Source of the DNA: the human T2T-CHM13v2.0 reference genome, Homo sapiens
Direction: 5' to 3' (one strand)
Length of the DNA: 64,000 bases
Assembly: GCF_009914755.1 (NCBI RefSeq)
Contig: NC_060939.1
Shown: piece by piece, positions 39,980 through 54,993 of the stretch
Position numbering within the stretch: the stretch's first letter is position 1
Layout: the number at the start of each line of letters is the position of its first letter
The notes under the pieces: model-generated
The model's database searches: none
What the model saw: the letters and a program-made list of their open reading frames with translations, nothing else
What the model was told of the DNA's origin: nothing
Position numbers and translations under genes: made by a program

Positions 39980-40320
39980 ACTCAGTCCATCTGGGCTGCC
40001 AGAGCAAAATACCATAACCTGGGGGTGGCTTGTAAACAATAAGAATTTATTTCTCACAGTTCTGGAGGCTGGGAAGTCCAAGATAAAAGTGCGGGCAGAT
40101 TCACTGTCTGGTGAGGGCTCACTTCCTGGTTCATAGATGGCTTTATTCCCATTGTGTCCTCATGGTGGAATGGAGGAATTAGCTCTTTTGAGCCTTTTTT
40201 ATAAGGGCCCTAATCCCATTCAAGAGTGTAGGGCTCTATACTCATGACCTAATCACCTCCCCAAAGGCCCTGCCTCCCAATACCCATCACCTTGGGGGTT
40301 AGGATTTTAACATATAAATA
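39980..40320 (-). mobile_element. MLT1A0-like MaLR solo LTR
   Basis: ctcagtccatctgggctgc...aatttatttctcacagttctggaggctgggaagtccaagat...cctaatcacctccccaaaggccc. Confidence 0.88.
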
Positions 40321-41149
40321 AGCATGCACGCTGTAGCACTTCCCATGGAACACAGAACTCTTCATTTCATACTTTACTCACTTCATAATATTGCCTGGTC
40401 TTTCTCATCTCAGTTCATGTAAAATGTGAAAAGTGGAAAGTTACCTTTGTGATTCCACCCTGATGGAATATAGAACAGCTGCCTCAAACATACTCTAAAT
40501 GGAAAATGTAGCTACCAATTAGAAATCCTCTCTTTCATAATGCTGTGGGAGTTTTTCTTATCACGGACCCTACCAATTTCCCAAATAGGTTAGTCTGCGA
40601 GAAAGAGACTGGAGCATTCAAGTTTTCTTTTTGCTAATAAGACTTATGAGTAGTGACCATAGATCTTGGTTCAAAGGTTGTTAGCCAAATCTGCCTACAG
40701 AAGAAATCAATGTGAATAGTGAGGAGGAAAAATGCACACAGGAGGAAATAACGATGTAGTGTCATTTTCAAGCTCTGACTCTCAGAGTAGACACAGTCAC
40801 TTCTCTTTGTTCCGTCTTTACTCTAAGATCATAACTTGTTTCTCCTAATCAAATTTGATGTTGCAGATTGTTTTTAGATTCTTAAACGCATTCAACTGAA
40901 GGAGCATACCCTTTCTACTTTCAATCCTTGCAGCACACACATGCCCTTCACTAGTTGTTTAAAAAAAGGTCTGTAAACAGGAATGTCTCATGACAGCTGC
41001 ATGTTTACAATTACTGATATTTGTTTGCACAGTGCCTATGCCTCTGCATGATAGTGCCTACCACACTACATTGCAGAGATTTATAAATTGTATCACCACT
41101 TAGATTATCATCTCTACTGCAGCAGGACCCTTTCTGTTTTATAACTCCT

Positions 41150-41305
41150 TGTGTTTCCAAGTGTAGTCCCTGCAACAGAAGCATCAGTGTCGCTCCTTGT
41201 TAGAAATGCAGAATCTTGGTTCCCTACCTCAAACCAACTCAATTAGTCTCTATTTTCACAAGATCCCAGGAGATTCCCATGCATGCCGAAGTTGGAGAAA
41301 CACTG
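41150..41305 (+). mobile_element. MER5A
   Basis: gcatcagt...cttgttagaaatgcagaatct...acaagatcccaggagattc...gagaaacactg. Confidence 0.8.
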
Positions 41306-42380
41306 CTCTAGCTTTATATATAGATCCTGGCTTGTGGGAAGTGTTCAGTAAGTGCTCATTGGATGACTTAATTTAAATGCTCATGAACCCGAGGTCTACA
41401 GCCTGCCCTTGTAAAGTCACTGTGAAAACCTTCCGCTTCCCCTTTCTGCATTTTAGAGCACTCAGATGGAGTCTTTGTGGCCATTTTACATGATGGGAAA
41501 GTAAAAAGAAATGGAAAACACAGAGCTTTTTAGAGAATAGAGCTGTGTCCCCAGGGTCTTCTGAGTCCCCCACTTTCCCAAAAGGTCAGGTTCTCAAGGC
41601 TGCTACCCCAGACCCCACAGGCCCTTGCTACTACTGTTAGTGCTTGTCAGTCTCATTTCTTTCTTTCCTTTATGTCCAGGCTGTTGGAGACTGGCCCCAG
41701 GAATGATCACCCATGTCCCACATGAGACAGAGTTAATTCCCATCTCCTTGATTATCCGGTACAGAAAGCAAATGTGGTGTTTCTCTTTAAAATCCTTTAT
41801 TTAATATGTGTCAGTTACCTCCAAATTTGGTACTGAGGGCCTTTCACAATCTTGACTCTCCTGGCCTTTGAATTCTCACCTCTGTCTGCACCTCCATCCA
41901 CCGCTCGTGCTGTATTTACTTCATGCTCCCTGAAGAAACTGCAGCATACCATGCATGCCCAGGCTTCTCAAGCTGCCTGCAAGGCATCGCCTAAGAGGAC
42001 TGTTCTAGTATCATGTCCTCAGGCAAGACTTGTGTGTTGTCCTTTGATGCTCCGTAAAACATTCCGGCTACCTCTTCAGACATTATTTAAGAATATTATA
42101 ACTATCTTATCTGATAGTCTTCCCTTCTTTGAGGTCAGCGATTACACCATATTTATCATTTGGTCATCAGTGTTTGCTGACGAATGAATACATACTTCTC
42201 ATACTGCCTTTGCTGAAGTCAATCAGTATCATCTGTTACTTGTTTTACTGTAGCTACTGCTACTACAACTGCATTTACAACTTCCAGGGATAAAAACAAA
42301 GGACCAGTCTCTTAATGGAGGGGATCATATCATATTTATATGTTTCCTTGCACCTAGCAGAAAATTTAGGCATAGGAGGT

Positions 42381-42735
42381 TGTCTTGTCTGTTTGGCCTG
42401 CTATAACAAAATACAAAACAAGTGAGTGACTTATGAACAACACAAATTTATTGCTCACAGTTCTGGATGCTGAGACATCCAAGATTAAGGCACCAGCATA
42501 TCTGGCGTTTGGCAAGGGCTTTCTGATTCATAAATGATACTCTCTGTCTGTGTCCTAGCATGGAAAAGGGCCAAAGCAGCTATCTGTGGACTGTTCTATA
42601 AGGCACTAATCTAATTCATGAGGTCTGCATCCTCATGGCCTAATGACCTCTCAAAGGCCCCACTCCTAGTACCATCACATTGTGATTAGTTTCAATATAT
42701 GGATTTGGGGATATATAATCATTCAGACTATAGCA
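42381..42735 (-). mobile_element. MLT1A0-like MaLR solo LTR inserted in an L2 3' end
   Basis: tgtcttgtctgtttggcctgctataacaaaatac ... attcagactatagca; 5-bp TSD gaggt (42376-80 / 42736-40). Confidence 0.92.
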
Positions 42736-44679
42736 GAGGTGCTCCGTAAAGGTTCATTAAATGAATGGGTGAAGTGTAGCCTTTTGCATGCAGAATCCAT
42801 ACAACAATCCAATGAAAGAAATGTAATCATTACTGTGCTCTTTCAGGTATTTACAAACAGGTACAACAAATCAAGCACATACTATTTGATTCCAAATAAG
42901 CACACACTTTCCATGATGTCAGACTCCTGCACATATGTTCCTTTATATGCACTTGGTCACCAATCACTCTAAATGTAAACATGGACCCACGTGGTGTATA
43001 TTTCACATGACTCACACTTTGAGTATGTTATATATTAAATACATGTTTCCCTGCTATCCTAGAGACTTACATCAGTACACATGTTCAACAAGTGAGGTTA
43101 CACAATGGATCACACAATAGCTTTTAAAATCCAGTTCATTCATTAATGAAACCAATCCTGTAATATTATTTCTTCAACTGTATAATTGTATTTATGGTTG
43201 ATTCGAGAAGGTAAAGAAAGCATAACTACGAAGAGAGATACCGTTTATTTCATGTTCATTAAAGATAGCTTGCCAAAAGTGGCAGAGCTAGAGCTGGATT
43301 GCTATGCTTTAATTTGGAAAGAAATACAGGGCAGTCAAATGAGATTTGTTTTTCCTTACCAATTAGAAAAAAAATTAACTTTATGTTGATGGAGAACAGA
43401 TTTTTTCTGTTTCACTTTTGTTACACGTGCTGGGAACTCCAATGGAGATGAAATTACACTGCTTTGAAATTCTGTCACAGTAGGAATTTACCCACTCCCC
43501 ATACTTTCACTTGCAAATATGTTTTGGTTAGCATTTGACCAAAGCTCTGATCTTTTCTAGTATTATAATAATCATACAACTGACAAATTTATGATGAAGA
43601 ATTGCATCCTTTTATTTCTGATAGTTGGTAGAATATCATACGGAAATGGAAGTGAGAGGATTAGGCTATTCATATTGCCACACAGTTTCCCTGATAGTGA
43701 CAGTCAATGATTGAGAGAATGGATGGTATATTACCCACCTAAAACTATTTTGAGAATCTGCATGGTTTGATTCATTATTTAAAAATTTATCTATGATAAG
43801 GAAGGGCACAGACATTGTACAAGTTCTTGATTCCATTTTTATTTTATGAACATTTGAAAATATTACCAGTAAGGTGAAAAATTAATTGTTTAGAATTAAC
43901 AAGTTGTTAGTTCTCTAAGAAGTAGTTTTCTATTCATTTTTGGAGACTAACAGAAGGAATATATATTTTTTGAAGAGAAAAAAACACAATTATCTTATTT
44001 GTGTCCTGGCTCTAACTTTGGCCAGTGTCAAAGTAAACAGGATAGATGGCTTCTCCATGCTAAATGATGCTAGATTAACATTGAAAGAAAAATTATAGTG
44101 ATCAGTTATTTCAGTTTCAAATGTCCCAATTGTTTTTATGTTTGATATTTGTCAAAGTCCAGAAAAATGCCAGCATACAAATAAAATTTGAGATGTAAGA
44201 AAACCATATTTTGGCTAACTGCTGCCATAAATCACTTTTAATTCTTCACATTTCTACATTTAAAAAATCTGCACCTAAGTATTTACCTATGTTGAGGTAT
44301 TGTCCACAAGAAGTTAGGACAGGAAAAGCAGATTTTCCTATGCAAGATGATAAGGTTTTATTATTTAAATCAGTGTTCTTCCAAGAGGAGAGCAAGTACC
44401 TTAGAAACACCAGGGAGATCTCCTAGAGTGTAGGAAAAATGCATTAAGAGGTATGAATATTTCCATCCAATAAAATAAGAAAATGAAGCATTATTCATAT
44501 ATAATATGTGGATTAGCCCTAGGGGGCCTCATCATTTACCAATATGTCTGATACTCACTCATGAGGTGAGGTAGTCTCATGGAGGAACTCTGACTTAGCA
44601 TTCACTTAAGCATAGTGTGAGATACTGCAATTTACATGGTCCTACCTGGTTAAGTGCGTGTGTAATATACATAAGCCTC

Positions 44680-44972
44680 ATTTTATTTTATTGAGAGAGG
44701 GTATCACTCTGTCACCCAAGCCCTGGAGTACAGTAGCGCAATCACAGCTCACTGCATCCTCTACCTTCCAGGTCCACGTGATCCTCTCACCTCAGCCTCC
44801 TGAATAGGTGGTACTACAGGCGTGTGCCACCATGCCCTGCTAATTTTTATATTTTTTTGTAGAGAGGGAGTCCCGTCATGTAGCCCAGGCTGGTCTTGAA
44901 CTCTTGGGCTCAAGCAACCCATCTGCTTCAGCCTTCTAAAGTATTGGGATTACAGATGTGAGCCACTGCACA
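44680..44972 (-). mobile_element. AluJ
   Basis: gcgcaatcacagctcactgcatcc...gaactcttgggctcaagcaaccc. Confidence 0.9.
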
Positions 44973-45159
44973 CATATATATATATCCTGGATAACATATA
45001 TATATAATATTAACTTAAATAAAATGCACATGGACTATTAAAAAACCCTGAAAAAATCTAACATTGATTCAAAATGTGTATGTGAACAAAAAGAACTCAA
45101 TAGCAATACATTGAGGTAAAATGAAAATGACATATTTTGCACATTAAAAATTATTTTAA

Positions 45160-46695
45160 AACTTATTTTAATTGGCACATAATTGTACACATTTATAAGA
45201 TACAATTTGATGTTTCAATACTATATATAGTATAATAATCAAATCAGGATATTTGGCATATCCATTACTCATATATTAATCATTTTTGTGGTGAGAACAT
45301 TAAAAGGCCTCTCTTCTAGTAATTTTGTAATATACAATAATATCTCTCTGTCAACCATCGTTATTCTACTTAACAATAGAATGCCAGAACTGACTCAGCA
45401 TTCATAATTTTAACTTGGTATCCATTGATGAACCTCTTCTCATTCTCTCTTCCCCACTCCCTTCCACAGTTTCTGGTAACCACGGTTCTACTTGTTTCTA
45501 TTATATCAACTTTTTTGTTTTTAAGATTCTGCATATGAATGAGATCACGTGTTATTTATCTTTCTGTGTTTGGTTTATTTCACTTAATTTGAGGTCCTCC
45601 AGGTTCATCCATGTTGGCACAAAAGACAATATTTTACTCTTTTTATGGCTGAATAATATTCCATTGTGTATCTGCACCACATTTTATTTAGGCATTAATC
45701 TGTCATTGGACACCTAGGTTGATTTGATGTCTTGGCTATTATGAATAGTGCTGCAATAAACATGGGAGTGCACATATCTCCTTGACATTCTGATTTCACG
45801 TCCTCTGGATATGTACCCAGCACTGGGATTGCTGGATCATATGGTAGTTCTATTTTTAATTTTTTGAGGAGACTCCAAACTGTTTTCCATAATAGCAGCA
45901 TTCATTTACAGTATCACAGAATGTGCAGTATTTTCTGCACATCCTCGCCACACTTTTCTTTTGTCTTTTTGATAATAGCCATTTTAACTGGAGTGAAGTG
46001 GTATCTCATTGTGGCTTGCATTTACACTTCCCTGATAATTTGTGATGTGGAGCATTTTTTCATGTACCTGTTGGACATTTGTATGTCTTCTTTAGAGAAA
46101 TGTCTGTTAAAGTATTTTGCCCATTTTTCAATCAGGTTATTTGCTTTATTTTTCCATTGAGTTGCTCAAGTTCCTTATATGTTCTGGATATTAACCCCTG
46201 TGAGATGTATAGTTTGTGAATATTTTTTCTTTTTCTGTAGGTTGTCTCTTTACTGTTGTTTTGTTTGCTTTGAAAGAAAACTTTTTAGTTTGATATAATC
46301 CCACTTGTCTATTTTTGCTTTTGTTGCCTGTGTTTTTAAGGTTTTATTTAAAAGTTCATTGTCAGCCCAATGTCCTAAAGCATTTTCCCATGATGTCTTC
46401 TAGTTCCTTCATGGTTTTGAATTTACATTTAAGGTTTAATCCATTTCTAGTTGGTTTTTATATATGGTAAGAAGTAGGAGTCTAGTCTCATTCTTTTGCA
46501 TGTGGTATCTGATTCTCCAGCACCATTTGTAAAAGAGAGTATCTTTTCCCCAATGTGTGTCCTTGCCACCTTTGTCAAAAATTAGTTGGCTATAGTTATG
46601 TAGATTTATTCCTGGGCCCTCTGTTCTGTTCCATTGGTCTATGTATCTGTCTTTATGCCAGTACCATGCTGTTTTGGTTACAGTAGCTTTTTAAT
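45160..46695 (-). mobile_element. L1MA (MA4-6-like) 3' ~1.5 kb
   Basis: 3' UTR aattgtacacatttataagatacaat...; ORF2 remnant WKTVWSLLKKLKIELPYDPAIPVLGTYP. Confidence 0.9.
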
Positions 46696-46849
46696 ATATT
46701 CATTATTATTAAATGATATATATGTACATAGAAATCCCGGCATATCCACATGGATGGACACCCACATACACAACATACACATGCACATATCTACACACAC
46801 AGACACAAAACCTTCAAAACATAAATTTTCTAACCTCTAAAACAACATT

Positions 46850-47330
46850 CAAATTACAATTTTAGTAGATTTTGAACCTGTTTATTGAGCATATATAAAT
46901 GCAACACCTTTTGATTATTTTGTACAATAAACCAATTGAATAAAAATGGGATAAAAATGTGTTGAATTTCAGTAACACCTGTTTATATTGGTGGAGGATA
47001 TTTACAGAACATGCCAAATTTTTGTGAAATCTTTTTCAACGCTGACAACCATAGTAACAGAGTAATTGAAACAAACTGAACTTAGAATCAGACCTTTAAA
47101 TTTCTATAGACTTGGAGAAATGAAGAATAATTCTGTTCTAGAAAGAAATTCTATTAATAATAATTTTAGTGAATGCAAAAAGTTGCTTAGACTGTTAATA
47201 ACAAAATATATCCTGTGTCTCATACTTTTTTGCTTACTATTCCTCTATTGTTTATACTGCATACACAACACAAGTATGCTTCTGTAATTAGGTAATTTAT
47301 TTAAAAATCCATAAACATATGTTGAGATTG
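46850..47330 (+). mobile_element. Charlie-like hAT transposase C-terminal remnant (possibly continuing ~44370-44660)
   Basis: Degenerate codons for CE.FS.LT.I....NKLNLESDL, as in the hAT dimerisation domain. Confidence 0.5.
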
Positions 47331-49934
47331 AGTAAGTTTTTGGGCCACTAGGAAGTCTCAAGGACATCAATATTTGACCCTATGTTGGTATTATCTTCCC
47401 TTATTTGATGGCACATGATTCTTTTTTCAATGTGGCACAGTATTTAAATGATGACTTTATTGATGACTTTAACAAAAAATTACAGTAGGAGCACTTGGTT
47501 CTAAAAAAGTAGTGTGACTTTTTTCTTATGTGAGAATGTAGGCTATTAGTTAGCTTTTATAAAATAAAATAATTAAGGTAAAATACTATGAAATGACATT
47601 AATTCAGATTAGGGAAAACACCTATCTGCTTTAATAACTACAATATTTTGTTTAAATCCGAGGCAGTGTCTGCTATTTTCTGGTAAACATAGTGACTTAC
47701 AGTAAAGAGATTCTGAAAAGAAGGACAGCCTTTATGATTTTCAGTTTGCATATACAAATAATTCTACTATTATATGCAAATACATGCCTCTTCAGTGTTT
47801 GAACTTTTTTTTGCCTTAAGTAAATATTCTTGACCACCATTTTGTGTGCATTGATAATTTGTCTAGCAAATTATTTTATGTATAGATTTGTTTCAGTCCA
47901 GCCTTAGTTTTATTTATTATGAATTCTAAATTAGTAAGGCACAAACTACTTAGACTTTGTTAAACTCCTCTCATTAGTTCAATAGTTGGAGACTGTAAAC
48001 CTTGAATTGTTTCGATGTCTCCCAAATCTCCTTGATGAATGTGACCTTTTTTTCATACCCATTACTCCTACCATTCTAGAAGTGGGCAAATCTAGCTCTA
48101 TTTTTCATCTAAACTGTCTCTGTTTTCACTTTAGAAGACTGGTAGCCACGAAGTCAGGAAGTGTAGCTCTTAAAAGGTCTCTGAAGGCAATAGGTGTTGA
48201 ATAAGCTGTTAAACAAGAGAATTGGGAGTCCTTTGTCATCCTTCTGAGAGAAACATTGATTGATGTGAGCAGGGCTCAGTATTGGTTTTAGATAAACAAG
48301 ACAAAGGCAAAGATTGAGAGTAACTGTTGGGACTAAGGTTTAGAAAAGGTGATTTCAGAAAAAAATATTGCCAACAAAATAACAAGGAACTTTTTATTTC
48401 TCTCTTGCCTTTCCTTATGGTCAGGTTCACATCGAACAATCTGTACACCCAGCTACCTCCTTTACAGGGGAGATCTAATCTTGCATATATATGCTGTTCG
48501 TTCACCTTTCCCCTTAGTATGGAAGGAAGAAGGCATAGCCTCATCTCTTATAGGGTAATAGGTTTAGTGGGACTTAGAGAAAATGCAACAAGCTGCATGA
48601 ACTTTAAAAAGTAAACTTATTATCCCTGGGTATAAAGCTAGTAGCTCTGCCAAAGAAAGACAAGTTCATTCTTGTGGAATTCTAGAGAGAAGAGGTGTTG
48701 AAATCACAAACACATCATTGCTAGGATGTGCTGCTGCTCCACATGTAGAGACCATTGCTGTTATCGAAAACTTTATTTTCATTTGGCATAATTTGACCTG
48801 CCTTGTACAATTTGTAGCCTTCTGTGCCCCTTTCTGGGGGAGAGATAAATGGAAGTAGGATCACTCAGTTTTGAAAAAATGGCCAAGGGTGACTAAGTTT
48901 GCAGTCTGCTCAGGACCAGAAAAGTCATTCTTCACTTTTGGATGCCTGTGTCATCTCTCCCCAGGTGCTTCACATAATGAGTGACTGTTATCTTACCTGT
49001 CAGGTAATGGGTATCACGTAATAGGTAATGGGTGCCTGCCGTGGGATGGGTGTTGAAAAGCCCTAGTTCCAGTAAGGCCTGGAAATGCATTCCTTCTAAA
49101 GTACTGTTGGGAACTCCACCTCAGACCTGTATCTCCTAGAAATTATTTTACCACCAGACAGCATGCATACCTAGGTGGGACTATTCCACTTGTGTGTAAA
49201 GAACACCTGAGTTCTTATCACTTCTTCCACTAGCACTCGAGTGTCATCTCACCTTACTCTTCATTGGAACATATGCTGATCTGAATTTACTTTATAAAAT
49301 TCTTAGTTAGAAAATTCAATCTGCAGGACAAGAAGTAGCCATCGTGCATTTGAAACATTATATAGTAGCCACAAAAAACTCATTACCAATGGACTAGCAT
49401 GTGGTTAAATCCCAGATTATCACTTGTTTACCATGAGTCTTGTCTCTGACACTCGTAGATTGAGTAAAGTTGATCGGCCAGAAATGTTATCTTTTAGAGG
49501 CTGGGAAATTGTGCATAAAGCCCAAGTCAGTGCTTCTGTTTCTATCCCTGAGTGCTTTTAAAAAATTCGGAGGAGAAGCAGTCAATATCCTACCTATTCC
49601 CTTAGGCATCTCTCCCAGTGCCTTCACTCTTGACCTAACTTTCTGCTTTCCTTCCTTCATGCTCCCAGGATTCCTCTGAGGCTTCTCCAGAAAGCAAGCA
49701 TTATCATCCACTAGAGCTTCAAATCCTGGTTTGCTGGAATTTAATGTTAGCTTCTCAATCAAACTAAACAGATGTCAGTTTGAAATTATTGAATGCTCTG
49801 CAGATTTACGTAAAAGGAACCAAATTCCGAGTTGACTTAATAATGCTAGAATTACAGTTATCTGTACTCTATATGCATGATTTAGTTTATGTGTTACAAG
49901 GTACACGACTATAATGCTCATGGGATTTGACATA

Positions 49935-50180
49935 GCACAGCGACACGTATAATCGTTATGTGGGCTTGGACTCAGTTAAATTTGTATTTAATCCATGGTA
50001 ATAATTCTACACTTAACAGCTGTGTGATCTTGAGTAGCTCATATAAGCTCTTTAAGCCTTAGTTCTCTGACCAGTAAAATGAGAGTCCCACATGCCTTCC
50101 TGGTGGAGGTGTTGTGAGGATTAGTAAGACCCAGTGTAAAACCAATTACCACAGTTCCAAGCACAAAGGATTATTATTTT
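49935..50180 (+). mobile_element. MIR
   Basis: acttaacagctgtgtgatcttgag...ctctttaagccttagttctctgaccagtaaaatgag...gttgtgaggatta. Confidence 0.8.
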
Positions 50181-50370
50181 GAGACCCTGGGAAGGTACGT
50201 AGGAAAAGATTAGATATAGCACTTTTAGTCATTGATGCATTCATGATTGCCTCCATTTATTCTCTCGTGCATTTGTCCATATATTCACACACTCACCAAA
50301 CAAGCCCATTTTATTGTGAATATTGTGTGCTGGACCTGTTTGGTACTGGGAAGAAATAAAACAAAAGAAA

Positions 50371-50752
50371 TGCTAGGAATTGAATTTTGTCTGCCCAGAT
50401 TCACATGTTAAGCCCTAACCCTCAAAGTGACTGTATTTTGATATAGGATCTTTAGGAGGTGATTAAAGTTAAATGTGATCATAAGGGTGAGGCCCTAAAC
50501 TCATAGGAATGGTGGTCTTATAGGAAGAGAAATCTAGAAATCTCTCCCTCTGTCTCTCTCCTTCACCGAACATGCACAGAGGGAAGGCCATGTGAGGACC
50601 TAGGGAGAAGGTGCTGTCTGCAAGCCAGGAAGAGAGCCTTTACCTGACACTCAACTAGCCAGCACCTTGATCTTGGACTTCCTAGACTCCAGAACTGTGA
50701 TAAAATAAATTTCTCTGGTATTTTATTGCAGCAGCCTGGGCAAAGTACTACA
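50371..50752 (+). mobile_element. MLT1A-like MaLR solo LTR next to an L2 tail (~50240-50370)
   Basis: tgctaggaattgaatt...aggccatgtgaggac...caccttgatcttggacttcc...ccagaactgtga. Confidence 0.9.
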
Positions 50753-51069
50753 AAGAAAATGGTGAATTTACTTAAAATATAATAAAAATACTTTTACTTT
50801 TTTCTAACTTTTGAGATACAGCAGAAAGTTCGATTATTCAGGAATTGATAAAGTGCTAGAATCACCAGTGTATTAGAGGTGAGGTTTGCTCAGGAAAGGG
50901 ATTTATGAATAGATATTTCAAAGATCTCTAAAGAGAAGAGAAGAGAAGTCCTTTCTTCTGTTCAAGCAGATGATTGTTGTAACCTTGCCTTCCCCTTTAA
51001 AACCGTCACTGAATTATCAGTAAATTCTCCATATTTAAAATAGATTTTAGAAGTGAATGACATTATGAT

Positions 51070-51310
51070 TTCCACTTCAGGGAACATGGAGTAGATAAAC
51101 ATTTTTCTATTTTTCCTCCTAAGTAAAACAAAAGAATCTCTACACATTACTTATAAAACAAACATAAGACAACTCTAAAAAGCTGAGAGAAAAGAGAGAG
51201 TAATTGGGAGTCCTAGGACACACAGAACAGCATGGTAGTGAATTGCCTGGATTTTCTTTTTGCTTCATGTTTGTCATACTGGGTTCTAGAGAAGCAGGCA
51301 ATCTGATTCA
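51070..51310 (+). mobile_element. L1MC/MD-type 5' UTR start
   Basis: acttcagggaacatggagtag...aaaacaaacataagacaactct...gcatggtagtgaattgcctgg. Confidence 0.6.
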
Positions 51311-51397
51311 GACAAGTCACTAAACAGGAACAAAGGAACCAAAACAACAACAAATCATGCAATGGGAGGTTTATTTCCAGAATGCAATACAAAATTA

Positions 51398-53612
<2,215 letters not shown>

Positions 53613-53615
53613 AAG

Positions 53616-54124
53616 CTATAATCAATTAACTTAAAGTAAAGGAGATTACCCCTAATATTTTGTAGGGGCCTTATTTAATTAGTTACAAGGTCTTAAGGTA
53701 GAACTGAGTATTTCTGAAGAAGAAAAAAATTGAGGGAGATGGAGAAGTTGGGAATGATTGCTAATGGTTATGATGTTTCTTTCTTGGGTGATAAAAATGC
53801 TCTAAAATTGATTGTGGTGATAGTTGCACAACCCTGAGAACATACTGAAAACCATTGGGTTGTACAATTTAAATGAGAGAATTGCATGATACGTGAATTA
53901 TATCTTAATAAAAGCTGACAAAAAGAAAAGAAAGATTGTGCCTGTGGACAAGAGCGTCAACTTCTGCCTGAGAGTTTCCAGGTTGCTTTTCCTAAAGGCC
54001 TGCCCTATGGATTTTGGACTACCATAGCCAACCCTCACAATAGTGTAAGCCAATTCGTTTCAATAAATCTCTTAATATATGTCCTATTAATATCTATTTC
54101 TCTGGTGGTATGCTGAATGACACA
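53616..54124 (+). mobile_element. MLT2 (C/D-like) LTR 3' portion, carrying an L1MB 3' end insert (~53732-53930)
   Basis: aagtaaaggagattacc...cctgccctatggattttggact...cacaatagtgtaagccaattc...aataaatctc. Confidence 0.82.
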
Positions 54125-54129
54125 CTGAT

Positions 54130-54538
54130 GTTACAAGATTCCTGTTTTATTTTTTATCTCCTTTCTGATTAGAGAACTCCCTTTAGCTATTCTTTTAGAG
54201 TAGGTCTGCTGGCAACAAAATCTCTGTTTTCTTACATCTGAGAATGTCTTCAGTTCCCTTTCATTACCGAAGGTGTCTTTTCTAGGAATAAGATTATGAG
54301 TTGACAGCTATTTTTTTGAAGCCCCTAAAAAATATTATGCCATTTTCTACTGGTGTCTATGGCTTCTGATGAAAAATTTAGTAGTATCTGGACTGTTTTT
54401 CCAGTATATATAAGGGTTTGTTTCCCTATTCTTTTATTTGAGTTTTCTTCCTTGTCTTTAGTTTTCAGAAGTTTAATTTTAATAGAGGTTTTTATGGATT
54501 TATTTGAATTTATCTTGTTAGGGATTCATTCAGCTTCT
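54130..54538 (-). mobile_element. L1MC-type ORF1 C-terminal region (inside inferred inversion)
   Basis: agagaactccctttagctattcttttagagtaggtctgctggcaacaaaatctct...catctgagaatgtctt. Confidence 0.78.
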
Positions 54539-54539
54539 C

Positions 54540-54872
54540 TTTTCCTAATAGCTTCGTTGAGATATAATTCACACAGCATAATATTCATCCTTTAAAAGTG
54601 GTTTTTGGAATATTCACAGATTTGTGCAATTATACCACTACCTAATTTCAGAACATTTTTAATCACCACAAAGAGAAGTCCTGAGCTTTTGAGTAGTCAC
54701 TCCTTATTTCAGCATATCCCTTCCCCTTGGCAACCACTAATCTATTATTTTTTAAATGGATTTGCATATTCTGGCCATTTCATATAATATGTGGTCTTTT
54801 GTGACTGGCTTTTTACGTACTATAAAGTTTTCAAGATTCACTCATGTTTTAGGTCTATCAATATTTTATTCA
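54540..54872 (-). mobile_element. L1MB 3' UTR remainder (inside inferred inversion)
   Basis: ttgagatataattcacacagcat...tatgtggtcttttgtgactggcttt...ttttcaagattcactcatg. Confidence 0.82.
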
Positions 54873-54993
54873 TCAACTGATTGTAGGTATTAATCCTATC
54901 TACAAATTTACCTTCGCAGTAACACCTAGAGTAGTGTTTGAATAACCGGGGACAATAGCTTAGTCAAGGTGACACATAAAATTGATCACCACA
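54873..54993 (-). mobile_element. MLT2 LTR 5' portion (3' LTR of the ERVL provirus)
   Basis: Minus strand begins tgtggtgatcaattttatgtgtcaccttgactaagc. Confidence 0.85.
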